In this document: in pieces, positions 8,489-17,027 of the stretch
Numbering within the stretch: the stretch's first letter is position 1
Layout of the letters: each line of letters starts with the position of its first letter
Sequence record: MN988522.1
Length of the DNA stretch: 64,000 bases
Reading direction: 5' to 3' (one strand)
The notes under the pieces: generated by a model
Told to the model about the DNA's origin: nothing
What the model saw: only the letters and a program-made list of their open reading frames with translations
The model's database searches: none
Translations under genes and position numbers: made by a program

Positions 8489-9448
8489 ATGATTATTTTA
8501 GGAGCAGGTCTGGCTGGTACATTAGCTGGACTAATTAATCCTCAGGCTTTGATCCTAGAAGGATCAAAGTCCGTTGACGATATGAGAATGCATAAAGCTG
8601 TTCTCAGATTCAGAGACGATAAGATCGGTAAATTGACTGGCGTACCTTTTACTAAGATCAAGGTCCGTAAGTCAATTCATATCGACAATAAAGACTATTT
8701 GGAATGCACTCCTCGACTAGCGAATATGTATTCGAAGAAGGTCACTGAAGGATATTCAGATCGTTCGATCTGGAATCTAGAGACTAGCGATCGATTCATT
8801 GCTCCTACGAATTTCCATGAGATTCTTATGAGCTATTGTGGTGATCGTATCAAGTTCAATCATAGTGTCACTGCAATCAAATCAGATAAGATTTATGCAA
8901 AAGATGATGTAACGATTGAACGAGATGATACTCCTATCGTTAGTACACTACCAATGCCTCTTCTAGGTCGTGTCATTGGTAAGCCATTCGACATCAAGTT
9001 CGAATCTAAGCAGATCAAGGTCTCTCGCTACAAAGTGAAAGGTGCCAAGATCAATCAAACGATCTATTTCCCAGGAACTGAGACACTTGCATATCGTGCA
9101 TCGATGGTTCAAGATATCTTGATTATCGAGAAGATTGAAGACGATAGTGGAGCGATTAACGATCGAGTTGATGATGCGTATATTATCAATGCGTTCGGTC
9201 TAGATACTCTTGATGTTGAATTCATTGAAGATGCATCCCAGCTTGGTAAGATCACAGCAATTGATGAGAAGGTTCGTAAGAATTTCATCTTCAATGTGAC
9301 ACGTGATCTGAATGTATACTCATTAGGTAAATTTGCATTGTGGAAAAATCACACGTTATTGGATGACGTTTATGATGACATATTCAAGATTAAAACTTAT
9401 ATGTCAGGTACTGATTACGATAGAATGAAATCAAGTTTTGGTAATTGA
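8489..9448 (+). CDS. FAD-dependent oxidoreductase (UDP-galactopyranose mutase/amine-oxidase superfamily-like)
   Basis: N-terminal IILGAGLAG dinucleotide-binding motif; C-terminal SLGKFALWK...LDDV resembles the GR..EY.Y.MD.V end of UGM-like flavoproteins. Confidence 0.7.
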   Translation: MIILGAGLAGTLAGLINPQALILEGSKSVDDMRMHKAVLRFRDDKIGKLTGVPFTKIKVRKSIHIDNKDYLECTPRLANMYSKKVTEGYSDRSIWNLETSDRFIAPTNFHEILMSYCGDRIKFNHSVTAIKSDKIYAKDDVTIERDDTPIVSTLPMPLLGRVIGKPFDIKFESKQIKVSRYKVKGAKINQTIYFPGTETLAYRASMVQDILIIEKIEDDSGAINDRVDDAYIINAFGLDTLDVEFIEDASQLGKITAIDEKVRKNFIFNVTRDLNVYSLGKFALWKNHTLLDDVYDDIFKIKTYMSGTDYDRMKSSFGN

Positions 9449-10098
9449 TGTTTTATGTTATCTATAAAATAACTAATAATATTAATGGTAAAATTTATAT
9501 CGGAGCTCATAGAACTCATAGTTTAACTGATACGTATATGGGATCCGGAAAATATATAAAAAGAGCTATTGATAAGTATGGTCGGAAAAACTTCTCGAAA
9601 GAAGTACTATTCAGTTTTGATAATTCAGAAGATATGTATAATAAGGAACGAGAAATCGTTAATGAAGAGTATCTTCAATCACATGGTCACTATAATTTAA
9701 GAGTAGGTGGTCTAGGTGGATTTGATCATATCAATGACAAAATTAGTAAAGATCCTGAATTTAAACAGTCTATTATAAAGAAGATTGCGAATTCTAATCG
9801 AGGGAAGCCTCGTACTGAAGAATTTAAATTAAAAGTATCTCTTCAGCATAAAGGTAAAACTGTTTCAGAAGAGTCTCGTAAGAAAATGAGTGATGCTCAT
9901 AAAGCGAGAAGATCTAATCCTAATTATGTCGACAAAAGAGTATGGTCTGAAGAGTCTAAACGTAGTTCAGGTAAACATCGTCGAGGATCTTTATGGATTA
10001 CTAATCCAGATCTTAAGATAAATAAATTCATTAAGACAGATCTTGAAACTTATCTATCAAATGGATGGGTCAAAGGTCGAGGTAGTTACAATGCATAG
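9445..10098 (+). mobile_element. Free-standing GIY-YIG homing endonuclease (Seg-like, NUMOD3-type repeats)
   Basis: YVIYKITNNINGKIYIG; YMGSG; SEESRKKMS repeats; more AT-rich than its flanks. Confidence 0.88.
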
Positions 10099-10372
10099 AA
10101 ACGTTGAAGAGATCGTTAGATCATCCTTCGACGGATCGAAATGTCCAGCATTTCTGGAGAGACATATGAGAGTCTCTCCAGATGGTCAAAGACTTGCTCG
10201 AATTATTATGAACAAGTTTGATATTTTCGATACGAACGAAGTCTCTTATAATCTCGTAGAATATTACAATCCAGAAGGTGGTGAGGAATCATTTCTCATT
10301 CACATTAAAGATGACAAGGATGTCTATTTTGATATCCAGGTACCTTCTAAGGCTATTTCTAGTTATATCTGA
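10091..10372 (+). CDS. Hypothetical protein (start at ATG 10091)
   Basis: GGTAG upstream; the longer start lies inside the endonuclease gene. Confidence 0.6.
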   Translation: MHRNVEEIVRSSFDGSKCPAFLERHMRVSPDGQRLARIIMNKFDIFDTNEVSYNLVEYYNPEGGEESFLIHIKDDKDVYFDIQVPSKAISSYI

Positions 10373-10380
10373 AAGTCATT

Positions 10381-10953
10381 ATGAACCATATTATGTTAGA
10401 CTTTGAGACACTCGACACTAAACCTAGTGCAGTCGTGATGTCCGTAGGTATCGTTGCATTTGATCCCCTAGCTAACGATACCATTGAAACCCTCCGTAAT
10501 GATCCTCACAGAAAATTGTATCTAAATCTGCAATTCGATGATCAGATCAAAAATGGTCGTACTATATCAGAAGATACGATCAGATGGTGGTTCGAGGATA
10601 AACTTGCAGAATCTCGATCCAAACTCAAAAGTACTGATCTTGTAAGTACTCCATTAGCTCTGACTCTAATCGATAACTTTATTCTGAAACATGATATCAG
10701 ATACAGTTGGGGTAATGGATCTGACTTTGATAATGCGATCTATGACGATCTTCATCGTACGTTTAATCGTCTTAATCGCATTAAGTATAAGAACAAGAGA
10801 TGTGCTCGTACGATTTTCGGTATGACTAAGAAAAAGTATAATCCTAAGGATTATAATATTCTCGAACATGATGCAATTGAAGACTGTTACTTTCAAATCC
10901 TTCGTCTTCAAGACATGTTCAGAAATCATCTCACAGGAATCGATTTCTCATGA
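10381..10953 (+). CDS. DEDD 3'-5' exonuclease (T4 DexA-like)
   Basis: IMLDFETL...WGNGSDFD...HDAIEDC. Confidence 0.88.
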   Translation: MNHIMLDFETLDTKPSAVVMSVGIVAFDPLANDTIETLRNDPHRKLYLNLQFDDQIKNGRTISEDTIRWWFEDKLAESRSKLKSTDLVSTPLALTLIDNFILKHDIRYSWGNGSDFDNAIYDDLHRTFNRLNRIKYKNKRCARTIFGMTKKKYNPKDYNILEHDAIEDCYFQILRLQDMFRNHLTGIDFS

Positions 10954-11324
10954 TACTATTCATGCATGAAGATGGATCCTACTACAGTAGTGAAGAGATC
11001 TTCCAAGACATTCATACTAATATTGATACTTCAGATGAGGGATCTTTTCTGCTCAAGTATCTTGAGAGAGGATTTGAACCTCCTGCAGATGCTACCTCTG
11101 AGACAAAGTATGAGTATCATCTTGCCAAAATTGGATTTGGTCGATGGATCCGTAACTCATACGGTCTATGGCAAGAAGATAATCCTCATGTCATACTGAA
11201 TCCTTCTCCAAATGACGAAGGTATCATTGATCATCCACTATTTCCAGACAATCTTAGTGGCACCATAATTGATAGATTGATCCAGCACTATCAATCTAAA
11301 CTTCCACAGGTGGAAAATGTATGA
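10950..11324 (+). CDS. Conserved hypothetical protein (DUF6794-like)
   Basis: H..IGFGRWIRNSYGLW...HPLFPDNLSGTII pattern. Confidence 0.5.
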   Translation: MILFMHEDGSYYSSEEIFQDIHTNIDTSDEGSFLLKYLERGFEPPADATSETKYEYHLAKIGFGRWIRNSYGLWQEDNPHVILNPSPNDEGIIDHPLFPDNLSGTIIDRLIQHYQSKLPQVENV

Positions 11325-11619
11325 CCAAGTTTACTCTCGAGTAAGATGTACAAAGTACATTATTCGATATGTTACAGAAGGATATCCTTCGAGTATTCAT
11401 CTTGACTATACTGTAGTTCCAGTCGAAGGTGATCTCGTTCATGCTGAGGTTCATACGTCTCACTCTTTCGATATTAAAGAATTCGTAGTAGGTGCGAGTA
11501 CATATAATATGTCTCAAATTTTCGATACTCATGGAGAAGCTGAGATTGCAGCTAAGAAGAGAATTCGTAACGACTATGAAAAGACGAAATCTCTATTAGA
11601 ACGCTTCAATCTGGCATAA
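11317..11619 (+). CDS. Hypothetical protein
   Basis: Coupled ORF ending at the promoter motif. Confidence 0.6.
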   Translation: MYDQVYSRVRCTKYIIRYVTEGYPSSIHLDYTVVPVEGDLVHAEVHTSHSFDIKEFVVGASTYNMSQIFDTHGEAEIAAKKRIRNDYEKTKSLLERFNLA

Positions 11620-11627
11620 GCCTTCCT
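11601..11627 (+). promoter_or_regulatory. Phage promoter-like motif copy 4
   Basis: ACGCT at 11601 (partial), GCCTTCCT at 11620. Confidence 0.6.
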
Positions 11628-11657
11628 AATTGTCCAGCACCAAATAGGTAATTTATA

Positions 11658-12458
11658 ATGGTAAAGAGAGCCGTAGCTAAGGTACGACTTATTAACAATA
11701 CTAAGTTCGCAGACTCACTTCTCGTATTTAGTAAGAATACTCGATTGACGATGACTCCTGATATGTATGATCAGATTGTTAATCGAGAAGGTCAGTGGAC
11801 TGATGAAAAGATCAGTGAAGAACTTGACTACATGGCTAACACTATTCCTAGTAGCTGGGAATTTTGCGATTACTACTTCTTGATTTCAGGTGTGTCAAGA
11901 GCATTCACGCATCAGTTTGTTAGAAATCGTACTAACTCTTATGCACAACAGACAATGAGAGTTCTGGATATGTGCGAGTTTGATTATGTCTTTACTCGAC
12001 CATATACTGATCTTCCGACGGATCGAGATCCGACTAAGGAAGAACTCATTAATATGTCTTATGACTTCCATACTAATAAAGCATTGGAAGAAGTCCAGAA
12101 GAGATATAATGCTATGATTGAGGATGGCGTACCTGCAGAAGATGCACGAGGCATTCTCCCTACGAACATCGCTACCAACATTCTTGCGAAGATCAATCTT
12201 CGTACGTTTGCTGATATGGCTAAGTCTCGTACAGGTGGACGTACTCAAGGTGAGTACCAGATGATCATGAATCAGATGGTTGATGAAGTTCTGAAGGTAC
12301 ATCCATGGGCTGAGAAATTCTTCTTTAAGCAGGGTCGAGATTACTTCAAGGATCTTGAAGATCTATGTGCTGAAATCTTTGGGTCTGGTACAACCAAAGA
12401 GAATCTGCATACTAAGGGTCGATTCTTGAAAATTATCGACAAGATGCGTAAAGGTTAA
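11658..12458 (+). CDS. thyX: Divergent flavin-dependent thymidylate synthase (ThyX family)
   Basis: GVSRAFTHQFVRNRTNSYAQQTMR (variant of RHRx7S); EDARGILP; INLRT. Confidence 0.8.
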   Translation: MVKRAVAKVRLINNTKFADSLLVFSKNTRLTMTPDMYDQIVNREGQWTDEKISEELDYMANTIPSSWEFCDYYFLISGVSRAFTHQFVRNRTNSYAQQTMRVLDMCEFDYVFTRPYTDLPTDRDPTKEELINMSYDFHTNKALEEVQKRYNAMIEDGVPAEDARGILPTNIATNILAKINLRTFADMAKSRTGGRTQGEYQMIMNQMVDEVLKVHPWAEKFFFKQGRDYFKDLEDLCAEIFGSGTTKENLHTKGRFLKIIDKMRKG

Positions 12459-12460
12459 TA

Positions 12461-12646
12461 ATGACAGAGAGATTTTATCGTACTAAACCTTCATCTGCTT
12501 TGACACGTCATGGTCGTGTAGTCTACAAACTTGTGAAAGTTTCTGTGACTGATGACTTTGATTATGCTAAATTTGAAGCAGATACTCCTGATTTTGCATC
12601 ATGGGTCGATGAGTCTAAGTCGACTCCTATATTTGGAACTAACTGA
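12461..12646 (+). CDS. Hypothetical protein
   Basis: Coupled ORF. Confidence 0.5.
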   Translation: MTERFYRTKPSSALTRHGRVVYKLVKVSVTDDFDYAKFEADTPDFASWVDESKSTPIFGTN

Positions 12647-12879
12647 TGAAAGCGACTGAATTCTGTTATTGGCTTCAAGGTTACTTTGAGATTAATGATC
12701 AGTCATCTACTTCAACTCCTCCAACTCTAAATTCATCTCAAGTCGAGGTGATTAAACGTCATCTTCAACTCGTATTCGTTCATGATATTGATCCTAGTTA
12801 TCCTGCAGAACAGCAGAGTAAGTTAAATTCAATTCATAATGATACGCATAAGACGACAGGTCCTCTTATGAGGTGCTAA
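12646..12879 (+). CDS. Conserved phage hypothetical protein
   Basis: FCYWLQGYFE N-terminal motif, which I recall from other phage proteins. Confidence 0.65.
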   Translation: MKATEFCYWLQGYFEINDQSSTSTPPTLNSSQVEVIKRHLQLVFVHDIDPSYPAEQQSKLNSIHNDTHKTTGPLMRC

Positions 12880-13191
12880 ATGCATTATAGTTATAATCTC
12901 GGTGAGAGATTTGATCGTGCTCGTAAGATACGTAAATTTGAAGACGAGGTTAATGCTATTGCAGGACCTCGACAGTATCAAACGAAGAAGCTGACTCCTT
13001 GTGAGCAGTATATCTGTAGAGTATGTAATGGTACCAATCAAGTCGAAGAGACAGGTGACTTACATCGATCTGCAGGAATTATTCCTTGTCCTCATATGCA
13101 TTGTGTAGGAGGCATTGTCGTAGCTGAAACTATTGAAATCAAACGTAGAGTTAGAGTAAAAGCTATCTCTCGGAGATCTGAAGATGAATAA
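12880..13191 (+). CDS. Hypothetical zinc-ribbon protein
   Basis: CRVCNGT and CPHMHCVGG. Confidence 0.55.
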   Translation: MHYSYNLGERFDRARKIRKFEDEVNAIAGPRQYQTKKLTPCEQYICRVCNGTNQVEETGDLHRSAGIIPCPHMHCVGGIVVAETIEIKRRVRVKAISRRSEDE

Positions 13192-13408
13192 AGCTAATCA
13201 AGTCCTCAAAAGATTGAGTGAAGACTATGATGTTCTGGAACCTTGTACTAAGGACCAGTTCTATACTGCAGTTAATACTGCTCACGGAGAAGGGTCATAT
13301 ACGCCTGTCGAAGATGAGTACGGTAACATTGACTGTAAAAGAGATGACCTTGTGATTGCATCTTATACAAAAGGTCAAGAGAAGTACCTAGGGTACATCT
13401 ATAAGTGA
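13184..13408 (+). CDS. Small acidic protein with MNKANQVLKRLSE leader
   Basis: GGAGA RBS; leader resembles that of 13640..13909. Confidence 0.65.
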   Translation: MNKANQVLKRLSEDYDVLEPCTKDQFYTAVNTAHGEGSYTPVEDEYGNIDCKRDDLVIASYTKGQEKYLGYIYK

Positions 13409-13412
13409 CATC

Positions 13413-13640
13413 ATGACAAATGTTGATCAGAGTAAAATCGTAGTCATTGACTATACTAATTGGGAAGGTAAGAGATCAGTTCGAGAGATTATCCCGACTG
13501 GTGAACTCAAGTTCAAGAGTACTCTTTATCATCCAGAAATGCAATGGATTCTAGAAGCAATCGATGTGCGTAAAGGTGAAATTCGCCACTTTGCACTGAC
13601 AGACATCCATTCTATTAACGCTTATAAGGAATCGAAATAA
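13413..13640 (+). CDS. Stand-alone WYL-domain protein
   Basis: IDYTNWEGKRSVREIIP...QWILEAIDVRKGEIRHFALTDI. Confidence 0.8.
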   Translation: MTNVDQSKIVVIDYTNWEGKRSVREIIPTGELKFKSTLYHPEMQWILEAIDVRKGEIRHFALTDIHSINAYKESK

Positions 13641-13909
13641 TGAGCAGAGCTCAACAAGTCATTAAGACTCTTACTGAGAATGAAAATCCACTGTACAAGA
13701 ATATCGTTATGCATGTTCGTGACGGTGACTTCGACAAGTTCCAGTCAGCACTAGGTCTTCCTCTTGACCCTTCAAGTGAAGGCTATGCTAAGGGTAAGGA
13801 ACTTTATGACCTACTCTCTAATGGCGCAGCTGATGATACGACTTATTCCACGACAGCAGAAGTCGTTGATAAGTTCATGACTGACAATACTGGACTGTTC
13901 AATAAGTGA
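13640..13909 (+). CDS. Small acidic protein with MSRAQQVIKTLTE leader
   Basis: TAATG overlap; shared leader. Confidence 0.65.
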   Translation: MSRAQQVIKTLTENENPLYKNIVMHVRDGDFDKFQSALGLPLDPSSEGYAKGKELYDLLSNGAADDTTYSTTAEVVDKFMTDNTGLFNK

Positions 13910-14184
13910 TCTACGTCTTTGTCAAGACTCCAATGCATGCATGGCTTCAGGTACCTACTGAGTCTGTCGTAGGTGCAGTAGGTTCACTCTCTAAGATTGG
14001 ACCTACATGGAGCTATCTTGAGAAGGAGAATGATGCTGATATGTTTATTAAAGCATATCAGCTCACCCTCGATAATCTTCATTACTATATTTTTGATCAT
14101 GAACTTATGTTCTGGAATGAAGATGACTTTGAACTATTCCAACAGATGCATACTACATTAAATACTAAAGAGAACATTGCGTGA
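13906..14184 (+). CDS. Hypothetical protein
   Basis: GTGA overlap. Confidence 0.55.
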   Translation: MIYVFVKTPMHAWLQVPTESVVGAVGSLSKIGPTWSYLEKENDADMFIKAYQLTLDNLHYYIFDHELMFWNEDDFELFQQMHTTLNTKENIA

Positions 14185-14363
14185 AGTTATCAGATAATGA
14201 GATCGCAGAGTTGAACGCTCTGATTCGTAAATTTGTCCTCCCTATTAATAAGAAGGAGGTCACTAGGCATAACTCAAATTACGAGTGGCTTAGAAAGAAT
14301 ATCAGGACTAAGAATTCTGATAGATTGACTCCACGTATTATCGAACTATTGAAATTGAATTAA
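14181..14363 (+). CDS. Hypothetical protein
   Basis: GTGA overlap. Confidence 0.55.
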   Translation: MKLSDNEIAELNALIRKFVLPINKKEVTRHNSNYEWLRKNIRTKNSDRLTPRIIELLKLN

Positions 14364-14372
14364 TTTGATTAA

Positions 14373-14412
14373 GCCGTACAGGAGTAAGGATAGCCTTCTC
14401 TCTTGTACGGCA
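14373..14412 (+). promoter_or_regulatory. Promoter-like motif copy 5, embedded in a 12-bp hairpin
   Basis: GCCTTCTC at 14393; stem GCCGTACAGGAG/CTCTTGTACGGC. Confidence 0.6.
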
Positions 14413-14428
14413 ATTCTTAGGCATGTAA

Positions 14429-15151
14429 ATGACAACGAATACTAGTGAGAAATCTCTGAAGAATGACATTGCTGTCAGTTCTCCAAATAAGAAGAGACTG
14501 ACATTCGCTATCGACTTTGATGGCGTTATTTATCCATACAAGAATGGATATAACAATGGGCTCATGTCTGAAGATCCCATTCCAGGTGCACGAGATGCAC
14601 TGGTTCACCTTCGCAATGAAGGTCATAAGATCGTAATCAACACCTGTCGAGGTGCTGTAGAAGATCTTAAATCTTATTTCAATCTCCATGACATTCCATT
14701 CGATGAAATCAATGAGAACTCAGATAACTATGAGGACTCAAATAAGGGTAAACCTTTTGCTGATTATTACATCGATGATCGAGCTATTCGATTCGAAGGC
14801 GATTGGTCCCTCACATTAGATGAGGTACGTCGCAAGAGATTCCCATGGTTCATTAAGTCTGAGAATAAGATTGCAGCAGATCTTATGAATGACTCAGCAG
14901 AATTATATCGACAGCGTAATCTTGTTTATGGCGATTCATATCGACGTCACGGTGAGATTATGGCTAAACTATTTCCTAATGGTGTAACCTTGAAGACAGC
15001 TGAAGATTTTAATCGATTCGGCATTCTTAACATGAAGATATCTAAGGTTACTAGATATTGTCAGAATTTTGAGAAGGGTGGTCATCTTGACTCAGTGATC
15101 GATGATGGTGTTTATACCTTCATGCTCGCTGAGCTTGATATGTCCAAGTAG
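14429..15151 (+). CDS. Fusion of a HAD-family phosphatase and a DUF6378/MazG-like nucleotide pyrophosphatase-like domain
   Basis: N-terminal FAIDFDGVI...KPFADYYIDDRA (HAD motifs I and IV); C-terminal RNLVYGDS...KISKVTRY...HLDSVIDDGVY. Confidence 0.75.
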   Translation: MTTNTSEKSLKNDIAVSSPNKKRLTFAIDFDGVIYPYKNGYNNGLMSEDPIPGARDALVHLRNEGHKIVINTCRGAVEDLKSYFNLHDIPFDEINENSDNYEDSNKGKPFADYYIDDRAIRFEGDWSLTLDEVRRKRFPWFIKSENKIAADLMNDSAELYRQRNLVYGDSYRRHGEIMAKLFPNGVTLKTAEDFNRFGILNMKISKVTRYCQNFEKGGHLDSVIDDGVYTFMLAELDMSK

Positions 15152-15161
15152 TGGAAGTTAT

Positions 15162-15524
15162 ATGCATACTGAAACTGAATTCACTCCTGAGGTACCTGAA
15201 GGATCTATTCAAGCTCTCACGATCTACATTCACGATAATGGTGTCTACGTCAAGCTTTCTGATGAGATGAAAGAGAAGTCGAAGGACGATCTAAGGAATG
15301 CAATTCATACATCTACGGATGTACTCATGCAATTATGTGGAGATAATCCTTTAATCTCAATCTTCTCTATCGACAATAATGTCGCAGTGAGCCCTCTCCA
15401 TAACTTTCGTCAATTGAACTCTAAGAGTAAGCTCTCTTATATTCAAGATCTTATTAATATCCTGCAAAGGATGAGATTTAACATTGAGAATCAGGTTTCA
15501 GCATTACCTGAGACAGTCAACTAG
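15162..15524 (+). CDS. Hypothetical protein (probable start MHTETEF)
   Basis: GGAAG upstream of ATG near 15162. Confidence 0.55.
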   Translation: MHTETEFTPEVPEGSIQALTIYIHDNGVYVKLSDEMKEKSKDDLRNAIHTSTDVLMQLCGDNPLISIFSIDNNVAVSPLHNFRQLNSKSKLSYIQDLINILQRMRFNIENQVSALPETVN

Positions 15525-15532
15525 GCACAATA

Positions 15533-16030
15533 ATGACTAAATCAATTAAAGTTAAAGTAATTAATGAATCTACTACCAATGCTCTTCCAGCTTATGAGAC
15601 TGAAGGTTCCGCAGGTATGGACCTCAGAGCTCATATCAATGGCGACAGTCCATTCTCGAAGATTGTTAAGATCGAGAACAAAGAAGAGCATGTAATTGAT
15701 ATCGCTCCAGGTGAGCTACGTCTCATCTCTACAGGACTTAAAGTTGAAATTCCTGCAGGTTATGAACTTCAAGTTCGTCCACGTAGTGGATTAGCTTATA
15801 AGAATATGGTAACAGTACTAAATAGTCCTGGCACCATTGACTCTGATTATCGAGGAGTAGTCGGAGTACTTTTATTCAATCATCATCCTAGTACAGTTTT
15901 CAGAGTCAGGAATGGTGAACGTATTGCTCAGGCAGTTTTTGCTGAGTATGTACGTGCTGAATATGATAATGTAACTGATCTGAGTGCCACTGATCGAGGA
16001 GAAGGTGGATTCGGAAGTACTGGTAAATAA
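15533..16030 (+). CDS. dut: Trimeric dUTPase
   Basis: AGMDL, RSGLA, GTIDSDYRG, RIAQ, RGEGGFGSTG (motifs I-V). Confidence 0.97.
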   Translation: MTKSIKVKVINESTTNALPAYETEGSAGMDLRAHINGDSPFSKIVKIENKEEHVIDIAPGELRLISTGLKVEIPAGYELQVRPRSGLAYKNMVTVLNSPGTIDSDYRGVVGVLLFNHHPSTVFRVRNGERIAQAVFAEYVRAEYDNVTDLSATDRGEGGFGSTGK

Positions 16031-16043
16031 TTTAGGAAATATT

Positions 16044-17027
16044 ATGCGTAATATCTTTGAACCAAGAACTGCTCCTAAGCCATACGAATATCCTGACGTT
16101 ATGGGCTTCAAGGATGCAATCCGTCATAGTTACTGGTTGCATACTGAGTGGAACTTTGAAGCTGATAAACAAGACTTCCATGTCAAGTTAAATGACGTAG
16201 AACGTTCACTCGCTAAGAATGGTCTACTCACTATCTCTCAGATCGAAATAGCTGTTAAGAAGTTCTGGGGACGGCTTGGTGATAGATTTCCTAAGCCTGA
16301 GATTGAAGCAGTAGGTGCTACATTCGCTGAGTCTGAAGTCAGACACTTTGACGCCTATTCGCATCTTCTAGAAATTCTAGGTCTGAATAGTGATTTCGAT
16401 CAACTACTTCAGAATCCTGTAATCCAAGGTCGAGTTGATTATCTCGAGAAATACATCAAGGGTGGATCCAAGAATTCGGATCAGAACTTTACGATGACCT
16501 TGGCACTATTCTCGATCTTTATCGAGAATGTAAGTCTCTTCTCGCAGTTCCTGATTATCAAGTCGATTCATAAGCACCGTCAGGTACTTAAGGATATTGA
16601 CAATGTTATCCAGGCTACTCAGCAAGAGGAAGTGATCCATGCTCTGTTTGGCATGCAGATCATCCAGTATGTTAAAGACGAGAATCCTGATTGGTTTAAT
16701 GAGGATTTCTATGTCAAACTTTATGAAGCATCCAGAAAAGCTTATGACTCTGAGTGCAAGATTATTGATTGGATCTTCGAGAACGGTGAGACTACCTATC
16801 TGAAGAAGGATACTGTCAAGGAATTCATCAAGGATAGATTCAATGAGAGTCTGACCATGATTGGAGGAAAGGAAATATTCCCAGTCGATAAGTCTGTACT
16901 ATCGAGTATCCAGTGGTTCAAGGATGAGATCGTAGCTGAAATTCAGGTTGACCAATTTAATAAGAAGTCAATTAATTACGCTAAGAAAATGCAATCTATT
17001 ACAGCAGAAGATCTTTTCAATGACTAA
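16044..17027 (+). CDS. nrdB: Ribonucleotide reductase beta subunit, class Id-like (start at ATG 16044)
   Basis: SQIEIAVKKFW, ESEVRHFDAY (ExxHxxxY), IENVSLFSQF, EEVIH, SITAEDLF end. Confidence 0.95.
   Translation: MRNIFEPRTAPKPYEYPDVMGFKDAIRHSYWLHTEWNFEADKQDFHVKLNDVERSLAKNGLLTISQIEIAVKKFWGRLGDRFPKPEIEAVGATFAESEVRHFDAYSHLLEILGLNSDFDQLLQNPVIQGRVDYLEKYIKGGSKNSDQNFTMTLALFSIFIENVSLFSQFLIIKSIHKHRQVLKDIDNVIQATQQEEVIHALFGMQIIQYVKDENPDWFNEDFYVKLYEASRKAYDSECKIIDWIFENGETTYLKKDTVKEFIKDRFNESLTMIGGKEIFPVDKSVLSSIQWFKDEIVAEIQVDQFNKKSINYAKKMQSITAEDLFND

Noticed and set aside
9445-10098. Intron- or intein-encoded status of the two homing endonucleases
   Set aside because: Both ORFs abut or overlap intact neighbouring genes, with no flanking intron structure and no split host gene; they are free-standing
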